Of a DNA stretch of 64,000 nt, positions 1 to 10,924 are shown piece after piece. Below the pieces are notes generated by a model. It searched no databases. It was given only the letters and a program-made list of their open reading frames with translations, and was not told where the DNA came from. Every line of letters starts with the position of its first letter. Position 1 is the stretch's first letter. Source of the stretch: a plasmid; sequence record NZ_CP018188.1; one strand, written 5' to 3'. The position numbers and the translations under genes are program-made.

Positions 1-1
1 A

Positions 2-499
2 GAGTCTGAGAGCCACCTCTATGAAAGTGATTTTACTGAAGAAGAATGGCAAGCAATCATGGATGTCAAAGTGCCAAATGTTAATAGTAATGTAAATGAT
101 ACGGTTGGCAAAAAGGATGATTCCCCATCAGTTAAAAGAACAATCCTAGTCAACGAAAGTATGACAGAACATAGAGAAAACACTTCAATTAGAGAAGAGG
201 CAACAGAGGGTACTGAGCAAATAGAGGAGAACAATATCTCTGAAATCCCTACAGTTGTTGAAGAAAAACAAACTGTAAATAACAATAATGATATCGTTGA
301 ATTGAAGGACGAAGAAATAACTCAAAGAGTGATCCTAGCTCCATCATCTACACCCGAAACAGTTGATACTCAAAATATTCAAGCACCTAATCAAGAGTTT
401 GAATTACCTCAAGAGCTATCTCGTGTAGCACGTGAGAAAGCACCTAAAACTTTAAAAAGTAATGTAGAACAAATGGCTATTGATGAAGAAGGTTTTTAG
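2..499 (+). CDS. 5'-truncated acidic hypothetical protein; the ORF runs in from upstream of the window
   Basis: Frame is open from base 2 with no stop until 497-499. Product is Glu/Asn/Thr-rich. Confidence 0.5.
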   Translation, partial: ESESHLYESDFTEEEWQAIMDVKVPNVNSNVNDTVGKKDDSPSVKRTILVNESMTEHRENTSIREEATEGTEQIEENNISEIPTVVEEKQTVNNNNDIVELKDEEITQRVILAPSSTPETVDTQNIQAPNQEFELPQELSRVAREKAPKTLKSNVEQMAIDEEGF

Positions 500-508
500 A
501 TAACGTAA

Positions 509-536
509 AAAGCAACGGATTTCCGTTGCTTTTGTT
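509..536. terminator. Bidirectional rho-independent terminator between converging genes
   Basis: Hairpin agcaacgg-attt-ccgttgct followed by a T run. Confidence 0.6.
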
Positions 537-863
537 CTAATTTTGAGAGTCATTATATGTTTCTTTGTTAGTCTTCTGAGCCTCCTTTCTTGCTTTTTCT
601 TCTGCTTTTTTACTCTTAATTTCTTTCTTTACCCCTTTAACCTTATTTTGTGTTTCAACAACTAAATCATCAATAGATAAATCTGGATTTTCTAGTTTTT
701 TCAATTCGAAATAGAGCTGACCTAGTTTATCAGTTTGTGATTTTTGATAGGCTTTAAGTTGCTCTGTAGCTTCTCTTTTTTGTTGTTCTAACGCTTCAAG
801 TTCCTTAATAAAATCTGATTCAGTTTTTTTGTTTTTTCCTGCCATAATTTGCTCCTCATTCAT
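537..863 (-). CDS. Lys/Glu-rich coiled-coil hypothetical protein
   Basis: 108-aa ORF with a heptad-like charged composition. Confidence 0.5.
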   Translation of the reverse strand: MNEEQIMAGKNKKTESDFIKELEALEQQKREATEQLKAYQKSQTDKLGQLYFELKKLENPDLSIDDLVVETQNKVKGVKKEIKSKKAEEKARKEAQKTNKETYNDSQN

Positions 864-1384
864 TAGTTATATCTAATAGTATAGAGTGAAAACATTAAAA
901 GTCAACCCATGTCACTCCCTTGAAAATAATCTATTCTTGGGTATACTGAACACTATAGCGACCTATTATAAATGAATCCTAGTTGTAGCCTTTAAGTGCT
1001 TAAAACCCCATAAAACTGGTTGTTGTAAGTATTATGTCATACCCAGATTTTATGAATGAAAGTATACAGTGAACAATAGTCTAAGAGTTTACTGTATTTA
1101 TAGGGATGATGACTAATATTAGAAACACGTAAAGTATAAATGAGTAAATGTCGAGTATTACATAGCTAGAATAAACTATGTTTTAGAGGGTTATCGTTAT
1201 AACAGCATACTACGATTATATGAATGAGAGGAGATGAAAGTATCAATCAGCATTTTACGGGTATAAGAGAATACTTGTGTAGGGCAATAGTAAAGGCATA
1301 ACACGACTTTAAAAGTAATAGCTGCACTCTTCGAAAAAAGACTAGACTATATACCCTATTGATTGACTATTTTAGAACTACAAA

Positions 1385-2653
1385 ATGCAAGATATAAAAA
1401 ATAGAGATTTTACCTCACTTATTTCAAATAAAAAAAATAAAATTCATTACACTCAGAGAAATAAAATAGCTACTTATTTTGTTTCCAAAAATCAAAATAT
1501 CTCACTGTCATTTTCAGAAGAGGAGCTTATCATCTTTTATCATTTACTAAGGTTTGGTTATTTTGATAAGGAAATAGTAGACCTCATTTATACAGCAGTA
1601 ACCCGAAAATTCAAAACGCCTAATTCATGGTTTTATCGTCTTGTTGGAAAGGTTAATCATCCTATTTCAGCATGTTCGGATGCTAGAAGCGGTAAGAGAA
1701 AGCTGTATTATCTGAACAAAGGTTTTAGTACCTGGTTGCTTACTATGATTAAGGGGATTGAGAAAATTCGGTTGCTAACGACAACGACAGAATATGATAG
1801 GTCAGTATATAGCATTGTCACTAATAATCTATTAGGAGGGAAACCTCAAACCGTAAATATTCATGATCTAGAGACCAGACGATTAGTTGCTAAAATCTTA
1901 AACAAGCTTTTTGTAAAAAATAAAGACAAGTCAGTTTATGACCTAAACATCCAAGTCGTATTTCCGATTAGTCGTGTTAACCTTCTAATGGTTCCTGATG
2001 CTGTCATCTTCGTAAACGATAACCCTTTTTTTATTGAGTATGACCGAGCAACAGAACGCCAAACAATTCTACTTTCTAAAATATTTGGTTACGCAGAAGA
2101 ACCAGCATTCGAAAATTCTAGTTTATTTTTCGTTTTCGAGAGTAGTCGTAAAGATAATACGCAAGTATCTAAACGTTTAATGAACTTTTTGGAATATGTA
2201 AATGAGGTCGAGGTTGAAGGTGTGACTGGATATGACATGTTAAAGCTTAAAAATATTTCTTTATTCAGTCAAACAACAACAAATGCTTCTGACGTTATTG
2301 TCGAAATCATTCAAGAAAAGATGTTTTCAAATCATAAAGATTGGTGTGATTGCGAGGCTTATGATTTTTCTGAACTACATAAAATAGATTATCTTGTAAA
2401 GGAGATATCAGAACCTTTAGATGATGATAAATTCCAGTTATCAGCTATTGTTGAAACAGACTCCTGGGAATTGAAAGAGTACCCTATGATACCTATGGCA
2501 TATATCAAAAGTGACTTGATTCCACATTTAACTAGTCTATATGAAGAATTCTCAATAGAGTATGAACATATGATCATTGTATTCCCAAAAGAAGTCTTGC
2601 CAGAAAAAATCAAACTCCCTTTTGATGATTATTTCTTTATTGTTTATAGATAG
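1385..2653 (+). CDS. Hypothetical protein (422 aa)
   Basis: Long ORF with no family motif I can name confidently. A replication-relaxation-type function is conceivable but unsupported. Confidence 0.5.
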   Translation: MQDIKNRDFTSLISNKKNKIHYTQRNKIATYFVSKNQNISLSFSEEELIIFYHLLRFGYFDKEIVDLIYTAVTRKFKTPNSWFYRLVGKVNHPISACSDARSGKRKLYYLNKGFSTWLLTMIKGIEKIRLLTTTTEYDRSVYSIVTNNLLGGKPQTVNIHDLETRRLVAKILNKLFVKNKDKSVYDLNIQVVFPISRVNLLMVPDAVIFVNDNPFFIEYDRATERQTILLSKIFGYAEEPAFENSSLFFVFESSRKDNTQVSKRLMNFLEYVNEVEVEGVTGYDMLKLKNISLFSQTTTNASDVIVEIIQEKMFSNHKDWCDCEAYDFSELHKIDYLVKEISEPLDDDKFQLSAIVETDSWELKEYPMIPMAYIKSDLIPHLTSLYEEFSIEYEHMIIVFPKEVLPEKIKLPFDDYFFIVYR

Positions 2654-2670
2654 AGTAAAGGAGTTTGTGA

Positions 2671-3033
2671 ATGGATTATTTGGAATACTTAGGAAGAAGA
2701 CTTGTATGGTTAGTTGTTTCGCTTGTAGTTGTAATCGTAGTAAAAAGACCAAGACTTTTGAAAGGATTGGCCCTAGTAAGTGATGAAGTTATCGGTAAAA
2801 TCAACTACTTTATTTTCTTAACGATTGCTTGGCTAGTTCTTGTTACATATTTTATTTTGTACTTGTTTACGGTAGTTACTTTTTTCCTATCATGGCATTC
2901 GCTAACCGTGAATAATGTGCTGGAAATGATTTTACAAACCGTATTAATCATCCCAACACTCTATACGTTATTTGTTCCGCACAACGAGGTTATCAAGAAG
3001 GTTGATGACTTCTTATCAGCGAAAAAAGAATAA
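2671..3033 (+). CDS. Small integral membrane protein
   Basis: 120 aa with 3-4 hydrophobic helices. Confidence 0.5.
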   Translation: MDYLEYLGRRLVWLVVSLVVVIVVKRPRLLKGLALVSDEVIGKINYFIFLTIAWLVLVTYFILYLFTVVTFFLSWHSLTVNNVLEMILQTVLIIPTLYTLFVPHNEVIKKVDDFLSAKKE

Positions 3034-3173
3034 GTCACGCGTAGCAACTGCAACATATAATCATTATCTCAACTATTTAAAAATATGTAAGAAAGTCACA
3101 TGATTGTTTGAATTTGTTGTAAGTATCAGGTGTTGTTTTAAAGATAAAAAAGATTGAAAGGTAACGGTAATTA

Positions 3174-3971
3174 ATGAAAATAAAAATTGAATCTGCTTGG
3201 AAAACCCTTTGTGATGCATTCCCCAAGTTAAAGGATAATCCTCTTTACAAGGGTTGGTATATTAGCTATGCGATCCTTGTGACGTTATCTATTTTGACGG
3301 TGGTTGTAGTGAACCATAGGGTTGTCTATGCATTTCCGTTTGATTGGTTTGGTTTGCTTTTTGGAATTATCTTACCTTGGGTTCTTACGACCTTTTATAT
3401 CGTATATCAAGGTGTGGACCATGCCCACCAGTTTACATCGACTAAAGTTGTTCTTGGGTTATTTATGTTACCTGTAATTCTGATTGGTTTTACCTCTAGT
3501 TATAAGAATGAATACAGTTATAGTAATCGTATGGTTACGACGGTTTTTGATCAGGAACTCACGCAACAAAGTTTCCACGCAACAAAGATTACATCAAACC
3601 AGCTTGATTATTTTAAAGAAGATAATATCATTTTTCCTTATAAGAAGAATACAGATTCAGAGATATATGTGTTCTTTCGACCTGATTGCCCTTACTGTCA
3701 AAAATCAATTCCAGTACTCAATAAGAGCTTAACTGAAAAAGAACGAAACAAGATTATCTATGTTAATGTTCTTGACGAAAGTGGTAAGGATTTAGCTAAA
3801 GCTATGGGAGTAGAGAAAGCAGCAACAGCAGTTATCTATCATAAGGATATGACTTCTGGTGGATGGTCCAAACGAATTGAACGAATGGCAGGAGGGAAAC
3901 ATGAAGCACCTCGTCTTGATGAGGATGCTATCCATGATATTGTGTCAGTTGCAAAGGAGGAAACAAAATAA
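3174..3971 (+). CDS. Membrane-anchored thioredoxin-like thiol-disulfide oxidoreductase
   Basis: N-terminal TM helices, then FFRPDCPYCQK (CxxC in a thioredoxin-fold context). Confidence 0.6.
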   Translation: MKIKIESAWKTLCDAFPKLKDNPLYKGWYISYAILVTLSILTVVVVNHRVVYAFPFDWFGLLFGIILPWVLTTFYIVYQGVDHAHQFTSTKVVLGLFMLPVILIGFTSSYKNEYSYSNRMVTTVFDQELTQQSFHATKITSNQLDYFKEDNIIFPYKKNTDSEIYVFFRPDCPYCQKSIPVLNKSLTEKERNKIIYVNVLDESGKDLAKAMGVEKAATAVIYHKDMTSGGWSKRIERMAGGKHEAPRLDEDAIHDIVSVAKEETK

Positions 3972-4603
3972 TGTATTTATCAAAAAAAGATATTTCAGAA
4001 TGGATTGCTAGCCTAAAAGTAGGTGACGAGGTTGCTATCCAAATAACACGAATGGATGGTGTCATAGTTTCTAGTGAGCGTGGCATTGTCGACAAGTGGT
4101 TAGGAAAGAGACTTATAGTTGTTAACGGAAAGCATTTTGTTCCTAGCACTGGTTTGAGACAAAGTAATGCTTTTGTCCCTGGTCAAAAAACAATCGTGGA
4201 ACAACTTTTTCCATTGGATGCTTTGCTTTTAGATGAGGAAGAACTTGCCAAAAGAGACACCATTATTCAAAAGTTGAAAGAGTCTGCAGAACTTCTAGAG
4301 CACGCGCAGACTTATTCTTCATTAGTCGTTTCTAGGGTTCTTCGTAAGCTATCAGTCCTAGACGTTGGTGATGTATATGATCTAAATGAACTACGTTCCT
4401 CTAGTAACACAGAAGACTTAGAAGATAGTGCTTTATTGGATAGACGGAAACTCTCAGAGAAGAAACGTTGTCTAAAGACTCTGGATCGTATGCTTGCCAA
4501 TTTAAGTCAAGATAATACCTTGGGTGCTTTTAAGTTAATCTCTCTTTTGGGAGATGTAGCTTCTGAATTTACTGATGCTGAAAATGAGGTAAGTGAATGT
4601 TAG
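3971..4603 (+). CDS. Hypothetical protein
   Basis: 210-aa ORF. Its start overlaps the upstream stop (ATAATG). Confidence 0.5.
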   Translation: MYLSKKDISEWIASLKVGDEVAIQITRMDGVIVSSERGIVDKWLGKRLIVVNGKHFVPSTGLRQSNAFVPGQKTIVEQLFPLDALLLDEEELAKRDTIIQKLKESAELLEHAQTYSSLVVSRVLRKLSVLDVGDVYDLNELRSSSNTEDLEDSALLDRRKLSEKKRCLKTLDRMLANLSQDNTLGAFKLISLLGDVASEFTDAENEVSEC

Positions 4604-5289
4604 CCTATGTTATTATGTTTGTAGTTATGTTTGCCATCAAGTGTGTTACTCTTACCTTTGTGAAGAATAAAGAGTCTACAGTAGTCAGTACTTTTCTGAG
4701 TGGCACGAATCAGATTTTTCTTAATACGATTGTCTGGTTTTTACGACTAACAGCCATGTTCCAGTTTTATCTTTTGGTGGTAGACAATAACCTAACTGTT
4801 ACCCCTATAATTGTTGGTTTCATTCTACCTAATGTCTTGTTCTTGTTTAAGGGAATCAAAGCTTCTTTATCGGATTTGCTTGTACGTTGGTTAAAATCAT
4901 TTATTGGTCATAAGTATAGAACATGCCCATTTTGTCATGAATCACATTTATTCTTTCGATACACAGAAGACCGCACAGCTGCTTATTACTATCTCTTGAC
5001 AGAAGAAGATAGTCTTGTGGCCATTGGAGATTTTGATAATAGTGATCATCCTGCACGTTTCTTTTTAAGTAACGATGAATCACATTTTGATGAGCTGGTT
5101 GATACCATGCTACCTTATATGTTGCCTGGAATGGAAGAGGTGGTCTATGTAGGTGGGCGACAACAGCGATTGGCTAGAGAATTGTATTGTGTCGATTGCC
5201 AGGAACGAGTCAGTGAAGATAGTGGGGTACAATTTGGTGAAGTACTTTTAAGTGAGCATAGGCATGAAGATCATAAAGCTCTTGTTTAA
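4597..5289 (+). CDS. Membrane protein with two CxxC motifs (possible Zn ribbon)
   Basis: TM N-terminus; CPFCHES and CVDCQER motifs. Confidence 0.5.
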   Translation: MLAYVIMFVVMFAIKCVTLTFVKNKESTVVSTFLSGTNQIFLNTIVWFLRLTAMFQFYLLVVDNNLTVTPIIVGFILPNVLFLFKGIKASLSDLLVRWLKSFIGHKYRTCPFCHESHLFFRYTEDRTAAYYYLLTEEDSLVAIGDFDNSDHPARFFLSNDESHFDELVDTMLPYMLPGMEEVVYVGGRQQRLARELYCVDCQERVSEDSGVQFGEVLLSEHRHEDHKALV

Positions 5290-5555
5290 TTTATTACCAA
5301 TACTGTACTCTAGCTATGCTGTGTTCGAAATTACTAAAAAAGAACTTAAATGCGTAGCTCCTGCAAGGTACACTAATTTTCCTACATTTCATGCAAGTTT
5401 TTTAGTTAGTGACTAAAAGTGAGAATGTATATTATCGACAAATTTTGGGGGAAATGAACGTATATTTTATTGACAAAAACTTTGACAAAATGTATATTAA
5501 AATTATATATTCAATTTAATATTTACTTGTTAAAATAAGAAAGTCCCTAATTGTA

Positions 5556-5741
5556 TTGAGGAGAGGAGAAAAAATGAATCTTTGGTTAATATTAATTTTA
5601 CTTGGTGTGGTTGCTGTTATTGGGGGTGGTGTGGCCGCTGCTATTGGCTTTGGAAGACATCAAAAACGTGCTAATGAAAGAGCTATTAGAGAGGCCCTAG
5701 AATTAGCAACTAAAGATAGAACTCAAAGAGAACAAGAATAA
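5556..5741 (+). CDS. Small single-pass membrane protein
   Basis: 61 aa, a good RBS (ggagaggagaaaaaATG) and a hydrophobic core. Confidence 0.45.
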   Translation: MRRGEKMNLWLILILLGVVAVIGGGVAAAIGFGRHQKRANERAIREALELATKDRTQREQE

Positions 5742-6373
5742 GAACGAATACATGTAAACACTAGCTATGCTGGTGTTTTTTTATACCAGTTTAAGTATCA
5801 AGAAATTTCAAGGAATAAAGATTTTTACGAAATTTTTGCATCTTTTTCAGAGAAATGGATTAGCACGCGCGTGAGAAGTGTCTATTGTAACTTTCAAACA
5901 CAAAAAAAACTAGGGCCATCGCCCTAGTTTTAAAGGAGGTTTGTTCACATCTGGGTTTGTAGGAGATTATGATGTGAACTGGATTAGGAGTCTCTATTTC
6001 TATTAGGAGGATTAGAGACTGAACTGAAAGTATTAATTTTCGAGTGTAGTTTCATCGAACTACAAGAAAATTATATCAGTTTATGAGAATGGATACAATG
6101 GAGTTAAGGGGTGTCACACCCCCTATTATTAGAGAATAACTGACTTAAGGTGTAGTGGTATGTTTTATTGTGTGCTATCCTATAATTAGGCTAATAAATA
6201 ATATGACTAACGAAGGAAAAATGATTATGGTTAGAAGTAAAGAACATGCTTTAGATAGAGACAGAGAATTAATGATTATTCCCAAAGTTATCAATTTTTC
6301 AAGTGAAGACGGTCATGAGTAAAAATTTTTACTGGCAGTAGACGCTTGTAATAGATTTGCTACGGCAATCGAT

Positions 6374-6961
6374 ATGAGTAATAGAACGTCACTAGAAGTG
6401 CTAGAACATAGTTACTTGATTGATATTAATGAGTATCCAAATGCGATTGATAAAGTAATTAAGAAGTCACTTATTTTAAAGGAAGCTATGCAATTGTTTC
6501 CAAAGTTGGTAACAGTTTATGAATTTGTAAATAATAGAGCCCTATCTTATGGCTGGAGGTTTGGTTTTCAGAACCAAAAATTTGCAACCTCAGAGATAAA
6601 TTTGGAATTAGTGGGACGTATAAATAAAGAACTAGCTTTACGAAAATCATACCTTAAACGTTTCATATCAAATAGAGAAATTGAGGAAGTAGTGTTTCTT
6701 CAAGATCTTAGAGAGGGCTTAATTGGGGGAACGATTTCTGAAGGAGTTGACCAATTAGGCTTTTATCCATTAGAACCTATTACTTTTGAAGAAGAAATTC
6801 CATTTTATTGGCCAAGATTTATATTATTTGGTCAAAGAGTTCGAAGACTTAAGGCTTATGGTTATCCTCTGATTGAGAATGAGACGACAAACACTTACTT
6901 AGATTTTGTTACTGAAGTACTATCAGTTTATGATGAGGCTACAGGCTCAGACCTTATATAA
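6374..6961 (+). CDS. Hypothetical protein
   Basis: 195-aa ORF. Confidence 0.45.
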   Translation: MSNRTSLEVLEHSYLIDINEYPNAIDKVIKKSLILKEAMQLFPKLVTVYEFVNNRALSYGWRFGFQNQKFATSEINLELVGRINKELALRKSYLKRFISNREIEEVVFLQDLREGLIGGTISEGVDQLGFYPLEPITFEEEIPFYWPRFILFGQRVRRLKAYGYPLIENETTNTYLDFVTEVLSVYDEATGSDLI

Positions 6962-7116
6962 AAGATTTAAAGGGTTTTATTTTTATAGTGAACCTTCCAT
7001 TGTAGAGTGCTATAATATCAATCGAAGAGAATTGTCTTAATGACATAAAGTATCTAACAGCAATACCTCATTATTTTTCTTCACTTTAGTCTTTTGTTAT
7101 TTAAAGAGGTAGAAAT

Positions 7117-8010
7117 ATGAATTTTGTAGCTAGAATTAACTTGAAAACTGACACACCTTATCGTGAAGAATTAATCGATTTTTGTTTAAAAGGAAAACAA
7201 CAGTATTTGGCTATTGGTTGGAGCCGAATATATGGTGAGGGAGAAGCATTAACTTATTCTGAATTTTATGAACGACTTCGTCAAGAGCCTGGTCGATTAA
7301 ATACTGTGTTGAATATCTTTAAGGATACACATGAAGATAATTTGTTTTGGACACGTGATTTAGATGGTAATTATTGGATATGTAGAGCTAAAGGAGAGGT
7401 GCTTACAAGGTGTGACAAAAGATTAGACATAGGAGCACTTTTACCGATAGATGCTTATAAATTCGGTATGCAAGTGCCAGGACAAATCAAGGCAGCATTT
7501 AACAGAGCTAATGCTGGAACGGCTCAAAAAATTTATGATGCTATTATAGTTGAGTACTCAAAAGCAATTTATAATAAACTATCTCAAACGAATCACTACG
7601 ACGTTGCTCGATTAGAAGGTAGTTTATTGGACAACCTGCCTGATTTTGATTTGGAAGAGCTAGTGATTTCCTATATACAGGTAAAACAAGACTATTATGT
7701 TCTTTCGAATTCTATTGCAAGTAAATCGACGACTATAAAAGTCGAATGCGAGTTTTTATCTAGAGATCCTAAACGGGTGAGAAAGGCAGTTGTTCAAGTA
7801 AAAGGTAGAAAAGCAGAAGCACTTGATGCATTACAATTTACTGATTTTACCCAGAATGGTTATGAAGTGTTCCTCTTTGCACCAGAAGTATTGAATGCTG
7901 ATAAGGTGGATAATATTGTCGTTATTACGCCAAATGAATTAATTGACTTTTACGAGAATTACAAAGTAATACTTCCAGACTCAATCACGCAGTGGGAGAA
8001 TTTATACTAA
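7117..8010 (+). CDS. Hypothetical protein
   Basis: 297-aa ORF with an RBS (agaggtagaaatATG). Confidence 0.5.
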   Translation: MNFVARINLKTDTPYREELIDFCLKGKQQYLAIGWSRIYGEGEALTYSEFYERLRQEPGRLNTVLNIFKDTHEDNLFWTRDLDGNYWICRAKGEVLTRCDKRLDIGALLPIDAYKFGMQVPGQIKAAFNRANAGTAQKIYDAIIVEYSKAIYNKLSQTNHYDVARLEGSLLDNLPDFDLEELVISYIQVKQDYYVLSNSIASKSTTIKVECEFLSRDPKRVRKAVVQVKGRKAEALDALQFTDFTQNGYEVFLFAPEVLNADKVDNIVVITPNELIDFYENYKVILPDSITQWENLY

Positions 8011-8081
8011 TTTTACTATTTGTAAATCATCAATTATGAGTAATACTTGAACTCATTTTCTTTGACACATATGGCACTATT

Positions 8082-8262
8082 AGGTACTTGATGTTAGTAT
8101 GATTTGATAGACATGTTCTGGAAGAATAATATCTAACCAAAGGAGATGTCTAAATGTCACAAAAATACACTAAATAATTCAAAGAAACTATTGCTCAATT
8201 GCATGAGTCAGGAAATTCAGTCTCAGAGCTTGTTAAGGATGGGATTGAATAATAGCAAGCTC
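8082..8262 (+). mobile_element. IS3-family remnant: left end plus a degraded orfA
   Basis: About 70 bp (tgatgttagtatgattt...ccaaaggagatgtc) and a stop-interrupted MSQKYTK*FKETIAQLHESG match the orfA region at 48076-48200. Confidence 0.55.
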
Positions 8263-8316
8263 TTTCCTAGGGACGAAGCAACTTGTCTCTAATGATTTAC
8301 AAGGTAAGGAGAACAA

Positions 8317-9045
8317 TTGGAAATAATCAAAGATAACTTGAAGCGTTGTGATGCATTTTATAAAAGTGATTTTTACCAATTTCTAGAGAATCATCACCCA
8401 AACTATATTCCGTATCTATTTGACCACTTATGTGGGGATCCAGATGCTAGAGATGTTAGTTTATACCAAGATTTAAGTAAAAAATTTCAATTATCTGCTA
8501 GAAAAGATCATTTGATAGATTTGGTTGAAGGACGGAAGATTCGACTTGCAGCCGATATAATTTGTGGTAGAAAGCAAATTGCCGATTTTCATAACAATGA
8601 TTATGAAAAGTGGAGAAAAGATTATGAGCTTGTTCGTTCTAATTTAAACCTTCATTTTTTGTGGCCTAAACATAAGGCTCCAACGATCAATACTTATCGC
8701 TACACTAAATATTTAGATAGGATTGATTGTTTACTTTTTGATTTAAAATCTTATTTTAGAGGACAAGAGACTCCGATGATGGCTGCCTATCAAAGTGAAG
8801 AAACATACATTTGGTTAAGGCAGTTTAATAGAGATTTCAAGTACTTTATTGATAAGATGAAGTTACAGGCTTTTGTTAATGACAACTATGATGTTTTAGA
8901 TATCAGTACAGGTCAAACTGAGATTATACGGGATATCATTTCTAGAAAAGAGATATCAGAAACACTAAATCTTTACATGGAAAGTTTGTTAAAGTTAAAT
9001 AGGCAAAATGTCTTTAATAAAGAGTGTCCCCCAATCCAAGATTAA
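8317..9045 (+). CDS. Hypothetical protein
   Basis: 242-aa ORF. Its last ~48 bp are duplicated at 33685-33730. Confidence 0.5.
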   Translation: MEIIKDNLKRCDAFYKSDFYQFLENHHPNYIPYLFDHLCGDPDARDVSLYQDLSKKFQLSARKDHLIDLVEGRKIRLAADIICGRKQIADFHNNDYEKWRKDYELVRSNLNLHFLWPKHKAPTINTYRYTKYLDRIDCLLFDLKSYFRGQETPMMAAYQSEETYIWLRQFNRDFKYFIDKMKLQAFVNDNYDVLDISTGQTEIIRDIISRKEISETLNLYMESLLKLNRQNVFNKECPPIQD

Positions 9046-9369
9046 TTTGATAATTCAAGAGACAAAAATTTTGCAAATATTGCCGAATTAGAAGATTGAT
9101 AGTTGAGAGGTGGTACTTAAGTGAGGTTACATAAATACTTTAGGTTCTTATTATTAGTAGGAAATGTTTTGTCATGGGTGGTCATCTTGATGATAGTATC
9201 GAATAACTCCATCGAAACAAGCAAATTGTCTTTATCCGTGTGTGTGATACTTGTTACTTACTTAATTGGATTGAAAATGAAACAGTATAATGACATACTA
9301 TGATATATTAGGGACTAGGTCTATATAGCAAAATAGCCAGGATAATTTCTTAGAGAAAGGAGTAGGAGA

Positions 9370-10662
9370 GTGTATACTTTAGAGATCCCTTTGAATACCA
9401 AAGGTTATGATGATTTTCTAGCCAAACGTTTTAAATATGGCTACAAGTTAAAACGAGCCGTAACAAATTGGATCAACTGTCAAGAACATCGTCGTGTTAG
9501 TTCAGAGGAATATAAGTCTTTGTCTATACGTACTAAACAGCTAGCAGAGTTAAAGGAAGCCATATCTAAAGAGAAAGACAAGACAAAAAAACTCTCTATG
9601 AAGGAAACTCATAAGGAGCTTTCAGCGACACTTAAAGCTGATTGGATAGCCTTAAATGATAGATTTGGCCTTAATAGTGGTAAATTCATCCGATATAAAG
9701 AATTAGGCCAAGCAACTGCCATGTATAAAAGGTATGCAGAAGAAGGAATAATCCACTGGTCTACTATGGAAATTATTGCTCAGACAGTTAAAGGAGCATA
9801 TCTTCAGCGTCGTAAACAAGGAGAAAGTAGCAACCATGTATCAATTGGTCGCTTAACGAATTTTACGACTTTATGGTACCGTAAATGCAATAACAACGTG
9901 ACTGATGAAGGGGTATTCTTTGAGACTGGGAAAGGCAGAAACGACAAGCTGTTTATCCCTTTTGCTTTTCGCCGAGAACAAGAGATTAAGGTTGCCTATG
10001 CACTAGAATTCCCAAAATTAGCGTTATATGCTATTAAGCGAACTCTTGTTAAGGGAAATATTTGGAAATACAGTATTTTATTAGTTTTTGATGGTGTTCC
10101 TTATGGATTGGACCATGAGCTACCAAATAAAGGAAACGTGGAAATTAAGTTATCTGTTGAGCAGATGGCGATTACAGCTGCGCGTGATAATGAGACTATT
10201 GTTTATGATCTCTCCAATGATTTTGGGTATAGTAAACGGTTGGCGGACTTGGATAGAGCTATAGAAAGTAAGCGTCAAGCCTTAAACCCAGACAACTACG
10301 ATGAAAATGGTGTTCCGAAAAAAGGGAAGAGAGCATGGGTGCAGGACTCAGCCTATAAGAAACTTCTAGACCAAAAACGTTATATCTGGCATAAGGTAAA
10401 ACAAGCACGAAAGAACCGTTTTGGACGGATTGCTAATCAGATCTTGATGTTGGGTGATACCTTTACTCTTTATCAAGAGGACTTCAAATCCTTGCAATCC
10501 CGTAAGGATTATAACCCAGAAGAGATGTCTTGGTTTGACCATCGAAAACAAAAAGGCTTTGAAATTATGTTTAATGCTCCATATGAATTTGTGGCTATTT
10601 TAGAGAATAAACTCTCTTTCAAAGACCTAAAACTGAACAAGATTAAACATAAGAAAAAGTGA
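9370..10662 (+). CDS. Hypothetical protein (430 aa)
   Basis: Long ORF. No motif recognised. Confidence 0.5.
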   Translation: MYTLEIPLNTKGYDDFLAKRFKYGYKLKRAVTNWINCQEHRRVSSEEYKSLSIRTKQLAELKEAISKEKDKTKKLSMKETHKELSATLKADWIALNDRFGLNSGKFIRYKELGQATAMYKRYAEEGIIHWSTMEIIAQTVKGAYLQRRKQGESSNHVSIGRLTNFTTLWYRKCNNNVTDEGVFFETGKGRNDKLFIPFAFRREQEIKVAYALEFPKLALYAIKRTLVKGNIWKYSILLVFDGVPYGLDHELPNKGNVEIKLSVEQMAITAARDNETIVYDLSNDFGYSKRLADLDRAIESKRQALNPDNYDENGVPKKGKRAWVQDSAYKKLLDQKRYIWHKVKQARKNRFGRIANQILMLGDTFTLYQEDFKSLQSRKDYNPEEMSWFDHRKQKGFEIMFNAPYEFVAILENKLSFKDLKLNKIKHKKK

Positions 10663-10823
10663 TATCGGGTTCATTGCTTGATTTCTTGCCTCAAATGATA
10701 AATATGTTATAATGACTAAAAGGTTTATTTAGGAACCTTCAAGGTAATTATGAATAACCTTGTAAATACCAGATAGCCTAACCGGAAGCTAAGGCAAGAA
10801 GGTCGGGAGCTGGTCCATGTTGA

Positions 10824-10924
10824 GGTTTTGTTACTGTTCTATTTGACATGGTACTAAAACTTAGAGGAAGGTTAACCTTTAAAGTACATGGTTTTGTTAC
10901 TGTTCTATTTGATATGGGACTAAA
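10824..10924. repeat. Two 35-bp direct repeats (ggttttgttactgttctatttga(c/t)atgg(t/g)actaaa) spaced 66 bp apart, inside an ~880-bp non-coding region
   Basis: Copies at 10824-10858 and 10890-10924. The overlapping antisense ORF 10778..10981 is an artefact of the repeats. Confidence 0.6.

Noticed and set aside
9121-9303. 60-aa hydrophobic ORF
   Set aside because: It has no convincing RBS and a marginal length. It is left uncalled, although it may be a small membrane protein.
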